In this document: positions 47,768 to 60,679 of the stretch, in pieces
Position numbering within the stretch: position 1 is the first letter of the stretch
How the letters are laid out: the number at the start of each line of letters is the position of its first letter
Origin: Laetmonice hystrix
Taxonomy: Eukaryota
Direction of reading: 5' to 3'
DNA length: 64,000 bases
NCBI GenBank assembly: GCA_965235115.1
Contig: OZ249444.1
Span: forward strand, 29,264,001-29,328,000
Program-made: the position numbers and the translations under genes
The notes under the pieces: model-generated
The model's input: the letters and a program-made list of their open reading frames with translations, nothing else
The model's database searches: none
Told to the model about the DNA's origin: nothing

Positions 47768-49260
47768 CTGAATCAAATCATTGTAACTATTGTACACCAT
47801 TACAACACAAACATACTCTCCTCAATCAAATCATTGTAACTATTGTACACCATTAAAACAGAAACATACTCTCCTCAATCAAATCATTGTAACTATTGTA
47901 CACCATTAAAACAGAAACATACTCTCCTCAATTAAATCATCGTAACTATTGTACACCATTACAACAGAAACATACTCTCCTCAATCAAATCATTGTAACT
48001 ATTGTACACCATTACACCAGGAACATACTCTCCTCAATCAAATCATCGTAACTATTGTACACCATTACAACAGGAACATACTCTCCTCAATCAAATCATC
48101 GTAACTATTGTACACCATTACAACAGAAACATACTCTCCTCAATCAAATCATCGTAACTATTGTACACCATTACAACAGGAACATACTCTCCTCAATCAA
48201 ATCATTGTAACTATTGTACACCATTACAACAGGAACATACTCTCCTCAATCAAATCATCGTAACTATTGTACACCATTACAACAGGAACATACTCTCCTC
48301 AATCAAATCATTATAACTATTGTACACCATGACAACAGAAAAATACTCTCCTCAATCAAATCATTGTAACTATTGTACACCATTACAACAGGAACATACT
48401 CTCCTCAATCAAATCATCGTAACTATTGTACACCATTACAACAGGAACATACTCTCCTCAATCAAATCATCGTAACTATTGTACACCATTACAACAGGAA
48501 CATACTCTCCTCAATCAAATCATTGTAACTATTGTACACCATTACAACAGGAACATACTCTCCTCAATCAAATCATCATAACTATTGTACACCATTACAA
48601 CAAAAACATACTCTCCTCAATCAAATCATTGTACTATTGTACACCATTACAACAGGAACATACTCTCCTCAATCAAATCATTGTACTATTGTACACCATT
48701 ACAACAGGAACATACTCTCCTAAATCAAATCGTTGTAACTATTGTACACCATTACAACAGGAACATACTCTCCTCAATCAAATCATCGTAACTATTGTAC
48801 ACCATGACAACAGGAACATACTCTCCTCAATCAAATCATTGTAACTATTGTACACCATGACAACAGGAACATACTCTCCTCAATCAAATCATCGTAACTA
48901 TTGTACACCATTACAACAGGAACATACTCTCCTCAATCAAATCGTTGTAACTATTGTACACCATTACAACAGGAACATACTCTCCTCAATCAAATCATTG
49001 TAACTATTGTACACCATTACAACAGGAACATACTCCCCTCAATCAAATCATTGTAACTATTGTACACCATTACAACAGGAACATACTCTCCTCAATCAAA
49101 TCGTTGTAACTATTGTACACCATTACAACAGGAACATACTCCCCTCAATCAAATCATTGTAACTATTGTACACCATTACAACAGAAACACTCTCCTCAAT
49201 CAAATCATTGTAACTATTGTACACCATTAAAACAGGAACATACTCTCCTCAATCAACTAT
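47758..49260. repeat. 53-bp minisatellite (about 28 copies) containing the acceptor region and about 13 nt of exon 47579-47767
   Basis: Gene-strand unit ...gatttgattgag GAGAGTATGTTCC tgttgtaa... Confidence 0.96.
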
Positions 49261-50758
49261 TGTGTGCCATTATAAAAGGAACATACTCTGCTAAAGTATG
49301 GTTTTTTACCTCACCGGAGGTTAGCCAGACCTGATCACAAATTATCAGTACTAAGTACATGTATTGCCATGTACAAGTTCTTTACAGTTTGGGGCTCACA
49401 GTTCGGGGAGTATAAATAAGATCAGGTACTCTGGAAGATTATGCCTTGTGTGTTTCCAATGCATGACACATCAGAATACTGTACAAACTCCACAGCAAAC
49501 GTCGAACATATAATGAAGTGATATGTACATGGGATATTGGTTCCTGGATTAGATATCCAGTTATTGGGAAGACTGTACAGTAACAACCCTGGGGGTTACT
49601 CAGGATATAACACAGCCAGGAAGCAGGTATCAGTAAGTGTTATTATAATCATCATGGGTTTTCATTCTCATTGTGCTGGCGATATCCAATAAATCAATAA
49701 CAATTGTGGTGAGGATGATGGCAAGGATGATTAAGGATGGAAAGACGGTTCTAATAACTTTCCCCTTTTTCTAAAATCTGAAACTTCCACGCCAATCAAG
49801 GGCGTTAAAATATTAATATATACTCCACCCAACTCCTGACAGATCGGAGCTAACAAAAACATGACACAGAATTACTGTACATGTAATTAATTTCCATTAC
49901 TGATATTCCTCCGTGCCTACCTCTTAAATTGCATAGCTCTTCAACAAACATTTACGCGTAATTCCATCTTGTGAATAATAGTTGATTTATCGAGTGATTT
50001 CACTGTAGTTGGAGTGTACACATGAAGAGAACGTAGAGAACACACCACAAAGTACAAAGACTGTACTGACCAGCACAATATTCTGTGTACATGTGAGACT
50101 ATTTTAACACATTTCAGAAGCTGAAGGGACAACCACCACGAATTACCTTGGTAAGATTTAAATTTAAACATTAAAGTTTCAGGTACCAGGAGTGGTAATT
50201 ACATGTGCATCAGTGAGGTAATGACTGTGCGATATACCATCACCTGTGATAAAATCACCTGATACTGAGTTTATAATGTCCTACGTCCTTAGGTCCTTGG
50301 AAGATTAACTACAAAGCCCACTTACACTGACTTAATGATGTAAGCTTATGGATACTTAATGCCACCACAGACTGAGCTGACCAGGACAGAACAATTGGAA
50401 TCTGAACCTAAGTTTCTACTGGCCAAGACAATTCAATGCATACATATATACATGTAGTGTATTTACACCATCTCATCGATTTGTCTACCTCACAATTCAT
50501 GATCCCATCAGGTATTTGGATACTGCTACCCCCCTGAAAGATGTAATGCGGCCTTCCAGCATCAATGACATGGAAACATATATGTGGCCTCAATACGGGA
50601 AGAAACAGAAAATTTAAACTTTAAAGTTTATCAGTGATGGATGTCGTTTATTTAAAACGCAAGATTTCTCAAATATACCAGGGACATTGTATCATGAAGC
50701 CCTCGTCTTATTAATGTGAATTTGATGTTTATGGTTTGAAAGGAGAACTTAGACTTAC

Positions 50759-50974
50759 CCTCCGTTTGAGTTTATCCCGAAGGAAATCTTTGCGGAAGTC
50801 ATCTCGTTTACCTTCCTTCTCTTCGTTCTGATCGCCCGGTTCGCTGTCGTAGATCTTGCGGATCGCTGTAACCAGACGCGCACAACTCCGTCTCTGCCGT
50901 TCGTAACAATTCGGATGGCAGAAATTTTGGTGGTCACAGATGAAGTTGGAGGTGTTTGCCAGCTGGACCACGAC
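50759..50974 (-). CDS. unc80: UNC80 exon (VVVQLANTSNFICDHQNFCHPNCYERQRRSC...), phase 0->0
   Basis: ttctcctcag| and AGG|gtaagt; conserved Cys/His motif. Confidence 0.92.
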
Positions 50975-51598
50975 CTGAGGAGAAACCAGGAGTTAGGAAT
51001 GATTTGGGACTAGGAATAGTGATAGATATTTATCTCTTACCCCAATACATCATCTACACTCTCCTGCTGACTCTCATCTTAGTTGTTTCAGTAAGGAAGA
51101 GTATAAGGCAGAGCTGGATATCTTTTCTTTTTTTTTTTAGTAGCATATTTATTCAGGAAAAACATGGAACGGCTTACGCCGACATAAATCCATTCCCTGT
51201 AATACAACACCATGTAAGCATTATATACAAACATTTTACACAAACACAATTTTTAAACATAACACATACATTACAAAGACATTACACCATGAAACCAGTC
51301 TGTACATAATTCCTTGCACCTTAGAATGATATTTAATCATGCATAATTATCCAAGAAAAAGGTCCCAGAAATATCTGATCAATCTAGACTCTGTGGTTCC
51401 AGTGAGATGTGATTTTCTTTAAGAGTAGATTGAAGGACTCAATCTCCACTGTGCACCAGTATCAGGCGTAACCCAGTGAAGTTGACATTCAGAATGCCCG
51501 GAAAGAGAAAATTACATAACACCTACTGGAATTAACCCCAAGATTACTGCTCCCATTCGTATGAGTTTGTCTGGTGTCGGAGGTTGGTAGACGTTTAC

Positions 51599-51786
51599 CT
51601 TAATCCAAGGCATGTACTTGCAGTAGTCCTGCTCGTCTGTGTCTGGATGATCAGGACTCTCAGTGTTTTCATCACTCATCATCCCTCCGGAGTCTGCCTC
51701 GCCGCTGTGTTCACCATCGGAGCATTCTGAGCGAAGAGACTGCGTGCTCACCTTACGTGACTTGACACTCCCGAGTCGCTTCATAC
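51599..51786 (-). CDS. unc80: UNC80 exon (SMKRLGSVKSRK...YCKYMPWIK), phase 1->0
   Basis: ttcggcag| and AAG|gtaaac; conserved MPWIK. Confidence 0.88.
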
Positions 51787-51911
51787 CTGCCGAAACAATC
51801 TCAACAGTTACTGGCAGGTTGAGGTGATTCCCCCAGCATAACATTACCACGAAATTTAGGGTAGTTGTTTGTAGGAGAAAGACTAGAAATAGGGATTTAG
51901 TTTCTCTGGGG

Positions 51912-52565
51912 CAGGTCCGGGGACTGGGAGTAGGGCTCAGGGTTAGGTTGGGGCTCCAGTCTGGGGACTGGGAGTAGGGCTCAGGGTTAGGTTAGGGGCT
52001 CCGGTCTGGGGACTGGGAGTAGGGCTCAGGGTTAGGTTGGGGCTCCAGTCTGGGGACTGGGAGTAGGGCTCAGGGTTAGGTTAGGGGCTCCGGTCTGGGG
52101 ACTGGGAGTAGGGCTCAGGGTTAGGTTAGAGGCTCTGCATGGTCTGGGGACTGGGAGTAGGGCTCAGGGTTAGGTTAGGGGACTGGGAGTAGGGCTCAGG
52201 CTTAGGTTAGGGGACTGGGAGTAGGGCTCAGCGTTAGGTTAGGGGACTGGGAGTAGGGCTCAGGGTTAGGTTAGGGGCTCCGGTCTGGGGACTGGGAGTA
52301 GGGCTCAGGGTTAGGTTAGAGGCTCTGCATGGTCTGGGGACTGGGAGTAGGGCTCAGGGTTAGGTTAGGGGACTGGGAGTAGGGCTCAGGCTTAGGTTAG
52401 GGGACTGGGAGTAGGGCTCAGGGTTAGGTTAGGGGACTGGGAGTAGGGCTCAGGGTTAGGTTGGGGCTCCGCCCGGGGACTGGGAGTAGGGCTCAGGGTT
52501 AGGTTAGGGGATCCGGTCAGGTCTGGGGATTGGGAGTAGGGCTCAGGGTTAGGTTAGGGGATCCG
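51912..52565. repeat. G-rich 35-50-bp minisatellite with TTAGG motifs
   Basis: GGGGACTGGGAGTAGGGCTCAGGGTTAGGTTA(G) units. Confidence 0.93.
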
Positions 52566-53413
52566 GATAGAAATAGATTTGAAGTTTTACCACCAAATGT
52601 CGTCGAGATGTTACCTTGGGGGGATTTGTCAGAGTGCACGTAAAACTACAGGCAATCATCATTCATCCCAAAATACAACAACTATCATATAGATCTACAT
52701 CAATAAAATAAAATGATTCATTGTGGCAATTTTAGCAAAATAAACTGGGCCAGATTCTGAACTAGGAATCCTCACATTGTTTCTAGTTTTCACTTTTAGA
52801 TAATTATGATAGTCTAATATAATTGAAGAAATTTATGTTTTTCTCTCTGATACGAATAGAAAACGCCACATACTATTGGTAACAGACTTTTAGGTATACT
52901 AAAGGAAGTCAGGCCATTTCTCAAAAATAATAAATTTATGATTTAAAAAAAATGGAGGAATTCCAGTCTGTCACATTATATTACTTTCAGATCTGATAAT
53001 GCAAGTCTCCTTATTGCATTACATAAGATTTCATTCCAAATAAGGCAAGCATTGCACAGTGACGGTGAAGGGTTTTATACAAAAGGTGACAACATCTGGG
53101 AAATGGGGAAATATCTGAAAATCAGTCTGCCGAAATGTTGCAAAGACCGATGTATTAAAAGGAGATAAAAACAACAATAAATGATGGCTGATATTCATGC
53201 AGTCCCAGACTCATTCTTTTTCCCCTTTTTTTCTTTTCTTTCTTTCTTCTTTTTGTTTCCTTTTTATTTTAGTTTTTTAAATAAAATTATTAAACTCTCA
53301 TGGTATGTGAGATTTGCGAGTCACTATCAACTGTATAATTTCCAATCTTAATTACACACATATGAGCATGGAGTGATTATTTCAGTCTTTCCAGATAAAA
53401 CTGATCTGTTCCG

Positions 53414-53563
53414 NNNNNNNNNNNNNNNNNNNNNNNNNNNNNNNNNNNNNNNNNNNNNNNNNNNNNNNNNNNNNNNNNNNNNNNNNNNNNNNNNNNNNNN
53501 NNNNNNNNNNNNNNNNNNNNNNNNNNNNNNNNNNNNNNNNNNNNNNNNNNNNNNNNNNNNNNN
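53414..53563. other. Assembly gap (150 N)
   Basis: Run of N. Confidence 0.99.
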
Positions 53564-54454
53564 CGGACTCCAGTAATATCTATGAATCAACATATGAAAT
53601 TTACGGGCTCGGTCTCAACAGATACTATGGGTCAACATATAAAATCTTACGGGTTCAATCTTAACAGATGTTACAGAGAGAAAAAAAGCTGATCTTTCTG
53701 AAATTTAAAAAAGAAACAAAACCTGGCAGATTTTAAATACACCCACTAACATTGAAGTAAGTGAGACACTTTGAATGGAAGCGATTTTAGCGTTAAAAGA
53801 AAAATTACAAGTGCAGTTTGATTAAGATGAATCTGATGGTAATCTAACTGTTATAACATGACGTTTTGATTTAGAAGAGCATTGACCGTGACAGCCAGCT
53901 AGAAGTAGAGAGTGCATCCTGCTACAACAGAAACATGTCCTTGCAATGCCTTCTACTGCCTCTAAGTTTCCCTTGTTGATCAGGAGAGTGTAAAACAGTG
54001 AAACACCGGACACATTAATGGAAATGAAATGCTAATTTTGTTACCCCGACATGAATCAACAGGGGAAATGGGCGACTTGGGTGGAGCTGTAGGGAAAGAC
54101 AACCAGCATAACTTCCTTTATTTCTGGGTAATATTACCGCAGTATCGACCTAAACCTACGCATACACTACGACCAAAGGTATACATCCTATGTGAAAAAA
54201 AATGTGACAAAGAGCTTTTAGGATAAATTATGGACCAAACTTTCAGCTTTTCTTTCTTTTCACATTCTAGAATATTTAAGTATTTATCATTCTACCACAA
54301 TGCAATTACGGGAGATAGTATATCCACTGCAAATTGATTTCTGAAGCAAGGCGTTTATATACTCACAATTAGGCCTACTTTGAATGATTATGTGGGCACT
54401 ATTGTTTAATCTATGATACCAAATCATCACCATTCCATAATTCTTATCACTTAC

Positions 54455-54565
54455 TTCCTCCTTCACGTTTGAACTTGAAGCTGCAGTTGTGCCCAAAGCT
54501 GGCGTTGTGGCCTGAACCTCGCCGCATCTTCAACAACTTCTTCCCTCCGGCAGTGAGACGCCGAC
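54455..54565 (-). CDS. unc80: UNC80 exon (GRRLTAGGKKLLKMRRGS...KREGG), phase 1->1
   Basis: cccttacag| and A|gtaagt; 111 nt. Confidence 0.8.
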
Positions 54566-57410
54566 CTGTAAGGGTACATACATATACCACAGTCAGTCTC
54601 TATGGATACGTCAGGAAGATTCAAATATTGTAGGTCAGGTTTGTCCACAGACACAGCATACAGAGAACAACTATTAAACATTACAGAGTTACTGTTTGGT
54701 AACAGTCAGTGGTACGATGGCACACAGCCCCGACTTGTTGGTGAACAGGAAGGTTTGCCTTTCTTGAACGGCGATTTCTGTTTTCCTCCCCCTTTCTTTT
54801 CATTTCTCTCCTTTGAAATGCACGTAGGCCTACCATAAAATACCGTCGTGGGCCTTTTATTTTCAAGACGCTACTGTATATCAGTGATTTCCCTGAACAG
54901 AAAAAGCTCCACAAACTGAAACACCCAACTGAACCCTAACAGTCATATGACAATGACAATGAATTTAGTAGTTACCCGGTAACTAAAGTCATGATAGCCA
55001 AAGGACCTGTGTTTTCCTATTATAATAGGGTCGTTTTAATAATGGGATTCAACCTAGTCCATTAAAAATACTTTTTTTTTTATCCCCAAACGGTCTGGGT
55101 GCATAGTCTGATATAGTCTTTACCATGAAATGGACCAATGGACATGTCAAAACTACAGTTACCGTACATATTTATGTCGGTCTACATTAGCTTTAAAACT
55201 TTTGTTGCTCCACGTACGTTAAATTAAAGGGGCATGTTTCTGAACTATGTAGACAGGCTGAACATAGTACAAATAATCCGCTAAATTATCAGGAAAAACA
55301 AGTAAATTATTATTTTATGCAAATAAACATTACTATCCCTTCTGATTTTTACTCTCAAATTATTCTGAAGTGTTTCTAAATTCGATTAAGGGGTATCCCA
55401 GATTAATACCTTTCCAAGCTACGCAATATCTCAAAACGATCTTGAACGTCTTCCATTAACTGCTAAACCCGACTAATGAATTGAAAGAAATAAAAACGCT
55501 CTATAACTAGTACTACGTAAAACTGTCATGAAATATATCAAGGCGAAAACAGCAGCTACAGCAGCTTAAGCAAAGGATGCTATAAAAAAGATCCACTAAT
55601 CCTACCCTACACTGTGATTATGAGAAGATATCAATGTACAATAGTTAAATGTACATGAATACTACATAGATAGATAGAGCCATTGTACACCATGATGTCT
55701 CAATCATAGATCTGCTTCATGCACATGTGTGCAGTTTGCTTTGATTTACTCATCTCATGCTTACATACCTGTGAGTGCTTTAATCAATGCCTCATGCATA
55801 AAGGAATGATTTTATGGCGTAATAAGGCAAGTTTTAATAATGCTCAAAAGGAAGAAGTATACAATCACACATCTAGTTCATCAATGTAATTTCCGCCATT
55901 GGTATTTTTTAATTTTACCAAGGCTGTTTTGTAGAATTAAAAAAAGAAAAAAAGAAAAGTTGGCTACCTCCACATGGGGCCATCTACATCAGGATCCTAC
56001 ATATTGAGCATTAATATCCAACTCGCCTTGTGCTATAATTATCATAATAATGATGATAATTATCATCGTTATTATCATAGTTATTATACAATATGGAAGG
56101 ATCTTTAATTGTGGGAAAAATGAATAAAGGGAAGGGATCATTTTACTGAGATTACACAGTATTCAGATCAAGCCATGTTCATCTGTAATTTCTATTCCCA
56201 GTTTTTTTTCGTTTTTTTAATCGCCCCTGTTTTCCTGCAGGGTTGGTACTCAAGGAATCAAATCACAGACGTGGGCGTCTTTGACGAGCATAGCGTAAAC
56301 ATCATGACGGCATAGTTCAGTCAAACGAAGACACGTCACAATGTAATTATGACGTTTTATGTTTTGTAATTCGTGACGTTTCCACCCGGCCATATGGCGG
56401 GTACTTCATGGTGTTAGACATCCTCCTCCATCTAGACGTTTCCCGTGTATTCCCGGAGTCACACTTACATACACCGAATAGCTGATTACACCCAGACCCC
56501 CCCCCCCTCCCCAATAATGTGGTGGAAATACCTGAATGTAATCGTTCTCTCGAAAATTTGAGACAATGAATTTGCCATTGGTCAGAATCTTCTCATATAA
56601 AGTGTTTGGTAAATTTTATAAATTCCATTCTAACAAAGTGCCATAAGACTGGTTGATCCTGTTCATGACAGTCACTTAAACTTTTACGTTCTTGCCAAAA
56701 CAATGTTATCATAATATGACAACAAGTAGGAAGTAAAAGGTCTCCAAATAATACCGTAAATCGTAACAACAGGTATAAAAGGTCCCACTTTGATATGTTG
56801 TAGAATTCCTGTGAGAGCTAAGGAAATCTCTGGATACAAAGAGCATCATCAAATTCCTTTCCTTGGTCCGTTTTCACAGATCTCCTTGATCTAGTTGTAC
56901 ATTAATTATTATAATTAGAGGTGACCTTGGCAAGGATTGATCTCACTTTGTTACCTGGCATCCTATTTTCTACAAGGACAGGAACTCGATGTACCCCGGT
57001 ATGTCAGAGTGAATAAAACAAATTCTCAAAAATCTCAAAATGATATTTACCTCAAATGAAAACTGTTATGAAGTTCATTTATATACCTGACGAAAGGTTG
57101 AAGTTACTTAAAACAGTAAAACAATCATGAAGGTATTTTTTCTGGTTATCAAAACGAATCTAAATACCAACTTACCACGAGTAAATATACAGTTTATCGA
57201 GTTTCGCGAATCTTGACGGAAAAGCCAACCTGTAGACTCTATATTGGTTTTCATGACAAGTGAAATGACAGAAATCAAATACCGAACTCATTTGAAATCA
57301 TACAAGGAAACATTAAAGTGAACTGGTAATTAAAAGGGGGAGGGAAGCCATAAAGTTATAAATATAAACATGTGTGAAGTGAGCATTCACGTCTAAAAAA
57401 ATGGACAAAC

Positions 57411-57503
57411 TTTGCATCTCGTCGATGCTGGCACGAGCCTTGAGAGAGGCTCGACGCATTCCTTGTAGTATCATGCTGGCAACAGCAATGGTGAGCCTCC
57501 GTC
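57411..57503 (-). CDS. unc80: Candidate alternative exon (GRRLTIAVASMILQGMRRASLKARASIDEMQ), phase 1->1
   Basis: tttccccaccag| and A|gtttgt; 93 nt; shares GRRLT and MRRxS with exon 54455-54565. Confidence 0.5.
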
Positions 57504-57830
57504 CTGGTGGGGAAATTACCAGTCACAAGTACTTTATACTATCCAACATTACTACTCATCACAACCTGCCCATTGTCATGGAAACAACATACCTTCAGAA
57601 AACTAGCAATTCATTCGTTGCCATTTCCAAATTCTGTCATCATTAAAGTTTGATTGAATGTTATATGATGCCAGTGGCGCAATGATCACATAATACCACG
57701 ACATATTATTTAACACATATTTTCATGCCGGATTTTCCAGAATATAATATTGGTCAGGCTTTGCCTTTTTGTAGGATAACAAAAAAATACAAAGGACTGT
57801 TTCCTACAAATGTAATTTATGATAGTTTAA

Positions 57831-58143
57831 GGGCGTGTTTGTTTCACGTGCAGGTTCCGCGGACCCGGATCGCGATCACTGACCTAATTTACACGCGCAA
57901 ACAAACGCAACTGCACCCAACCCGGTTCACTCTCAGTGAACCAACGAAAACAAACGGCCAAGTCAGCGATCGCGATCAGTTTCCTTTTGAACTGATCGTC
58001 CGCCATTTTGGATCCCGGGCTGACCCACCTCGCCAGCAGGATCAGCGGGTCCCGGATCCCGATCATTGAACCAACGAAAACAAATGGCCAGGTCAGTGAT
58101 CGCGGTCAAGTTCACGGAACCAGTACATGAAGCAAACACGCCC
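57831..58143. mobile_element. PIF/Harbinger-like MITE, about 313 bp
   Basis: TAA|GGGCGTGTTTGTTTCACGTGCAGGTTCC ... GGAACCAGTACATGAAGCAAACACGCCC|TCA; about 55-bp imperfect inverted repeats; internal duplication. Confidence 0.7.
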
Positions 58144-58956
58144 TCAGTCACTGTTGGTTTCATCATCCCATTGTCATTGAGAGCGGCGCGCCCTCTCACG
58201 GTTATTTCTGGAACTATGAACGAATCGTCCAAAATTTGGATTCTACTTGTTCAGTTATACACGATGTAAAATTTGGGGTTTGTGCTGCTGTGGTGCATCT
58301 ACCCAATTCTCAAGTATATAGGGGTAACCTTACAGATAACTACTGAACATAATCTACTGAACATCTTATACCTTCCAACGTTGATCTGGTGCTCTCTTAG
58401 TCCACTAATCCAACAGATTAACCGCTAAAACACACTGTGGATATTTCCACAATTCTGGAATTCCATTTCTACTGCAAGAATAACGTTGTAATTCTGCTAA
58501 ATGCTTTTAGAAGTCAATTCAATTTAATTACTTTGCTCTGGATTTCTCCACCCGTACAGGATAAATACTCTAAATACTAATGTACCATGGCTAGATGGAC
58601 TAGAAAAACAATTCTCAAAAACTCTTCAAGTGTTGTGTAGCTTTCCAGTTTTCCACAACTTTTTTCAGTAACGAAACCAAAACGCCATACAAAACTGGTG
58701 TTAGTTGGACTTGTAGAGGGATTCTTTCCATTTCAGCATAATCTGTTTCCTTCAACATGAGGAAAAGTTTGCCAACCACACGTACTCATCTAATTCTTGA
58801 TTCATGGTATAAAATATTCTCAGGGTTGTTTCAAAGACTCCAGATATCACTGAAATGGAAACGCTCATGAGAAAATCAAGGAGGACCAAGTAGTTTAGTT
58901 TTAGGTTTGGAACCACAGTTCTGGCATCGATCCAACTTGAGAGAAATCCAGCTCAC

Positions 58957-58989
58957 ATTTTACACAACGGTCTCCGGACGGCTTCCTCT
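58957..58989 (-). CDS. unc80: Candidate 33-nt cassette micro-exon (ERKPSGDRCVK), phase 1->1
   Basis: gatgtgcag| and T|gtgagc; frame-preserving; no homology support. Confidence 0.35.
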
Positions 58990-59017
58990 CTGCACATCAC
59001 ATGCCATATACAGCGGA

Positions 59018-59373
59018 CAGAACCAGTACCAATTAGGTCAATATATAAACTTTCAGAACCAGTACCAATTAGGTCAATATATAAACTTTCAGAACCAGTA
59101 CCAGTTAGGTCATTATATAAACTTTCAGAACCAGTACCAGTTAGGTCATTATATAAACTTTCAGAACCAGTACCAATTAGGTCATTATATAAACTTTCAG
59201 AACCAGTACCAGTTAGGTCATTATATAAACTTGCAGAACCAGTACCAATTAGGTTAATATATAAACTTTCAGAACCAGTACCAGTTAGGTCATTATATAA
59301 ACTTGCAGAACCAGTACCAGTTAGGTTAATATATAAACTTTCAGAACCAGTACCAGTTAGGTCAATATATAAA
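59018..59373. repeat. 36-bp minisatellite, about 10 copies
   Basis: CAGAACCAGTACCA(A/G)TTAGGTCA(A/T)TATATAAACTTT units; ends about 30 bp from the candidate micro-exon acceptor. Confidence 0.95.
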
Positions 59374-59737
59374 AACAATATACTGGTCCAGACCAAAGCC
59401 AAGGTAGTATGTCCCTTGATTTATAAAACTTGATCTGGCTTGTATAAAAGAGTTGGTTTAGTGTAGAAGGTGTAGGTTCCAGTCCATATTCAGTCATCAC
59501 AGTGACTAGTAGTTGCTAATGAACATTTTCTAAATATGCACATGTTGAAATATATTTTTAAAATTACTCAAAGAAAATTATAGATCACCCAAACTTCTTT
59601 ATACTTTTGCAGTATGTCCGCCTAGAATTCTGTAATATATGAAAGCCTGGAATGACATTTCCTTTACAATAATTAACAAATTCAGAGAGAGAGATGAGAG
59701 ACTATATGAAGAGTCTGGCCCTTGTGGTCCACCTTAC

Positions 59738-59854
59738 CTTTGCCGTCTACTGTGGTATCAGCCATAGAGATAGAGGTAGCACTGCTGTGGAGGGAGTCCG
59801 ACCTCTCTGTATGCCCCAGCACAGCAAAGCTAATCTTGCGATCACTTGGACTAC
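59738..59854 (-). CDS. unc80: UNC80 exon (GSPSDRKISFAVL...VDGK), phase 1->1
   Basis: tttgatcag| and G|gtaagg; 117 nt open. Confidence 0.8.
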
Positions 59855-60086
59855 CTGATCAAACAACCAATCAACAAATCAAAACAGAGAAAATCAATAC
59901 TATGCTGCCAAATAACAATTTTAATAGGACCTGGCGGTACCTAACGCCTAAAGCCCTGTAGGAAACTCACCTAAACAAGTGTGGAATTTTCTGATGGTAA
60001 TTCACATAGTTCTCTCTCACCAACCATACACCAAACTGATTTATTCCTCAGAGGATTTTGTATGATATCAAGGTCATACATCTTAC

Positions 60087-60335
60087 CTACAGAGAGTCCT
60101 GGGTCACCTTGAGATGACCTCGAGTTGCTTCGCTCGGAATGGCCGGGACTGCTGAGCACTGAGCTCCAACGTCGAGATGACGTGTTCTTTTCAAAGGACA
60201 AATCTTTACGGGGTGCTTTGGTCTTAGGCAGATACTGATAGGTTTCACGTAAGAAAGTAGTTATTTCCAACAAGACCTGGCAAGCTACGATCTTCAATGC
60301 ATATGGGCAGTCAGAACCTGTGTGATTGACGGTAG
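60087..60335 (-). CDS. unc80: UNC80 exon (ATVNHTGSDCPYALKIVACQVLLEITTFLRETY...), phase 1->1
   Basis: ttgcag| and G|gtaaga; conserved LLEITTFLRET motif. Confidence 0.92.
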
Positions 60336-60679
60336 CTGCAATGTAAATACCGACTTCTGTTAACTAAACAAGGAATTATCACATAGATTCATTTATCAGA
60401 GGGTCGATAGTAGAAGATACCTCAAATTAATTGATTTAACTGAATTTTTATCCCAAATAAATGTTCATCTCACAATAAAAATTAATACTGCCCACACCAT
60501 TAATGAACTTTGATTCAAGACCTTCTAGTTGAAAATATCATGCAGTATCGGTTTGCTAGAGCTTGAACTTAAGGAATTTCATCAGCATATAATATGATAA
60601 GCCAGTGAAGCATGGCGATATGGGTTCAAGTCACTGAATGGCCGTGACGTCATAAAATAAGCAATAAACGTATAGTTAC

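Noticed and set aside
53414-53563. CCG...CGG flanks around the N run suggesting a structured element
   Set aside because: Assembly gap of nominal size; the flanks are too short to interpret. An exon could be hidden here, but the neighbouring exons already join in frame.
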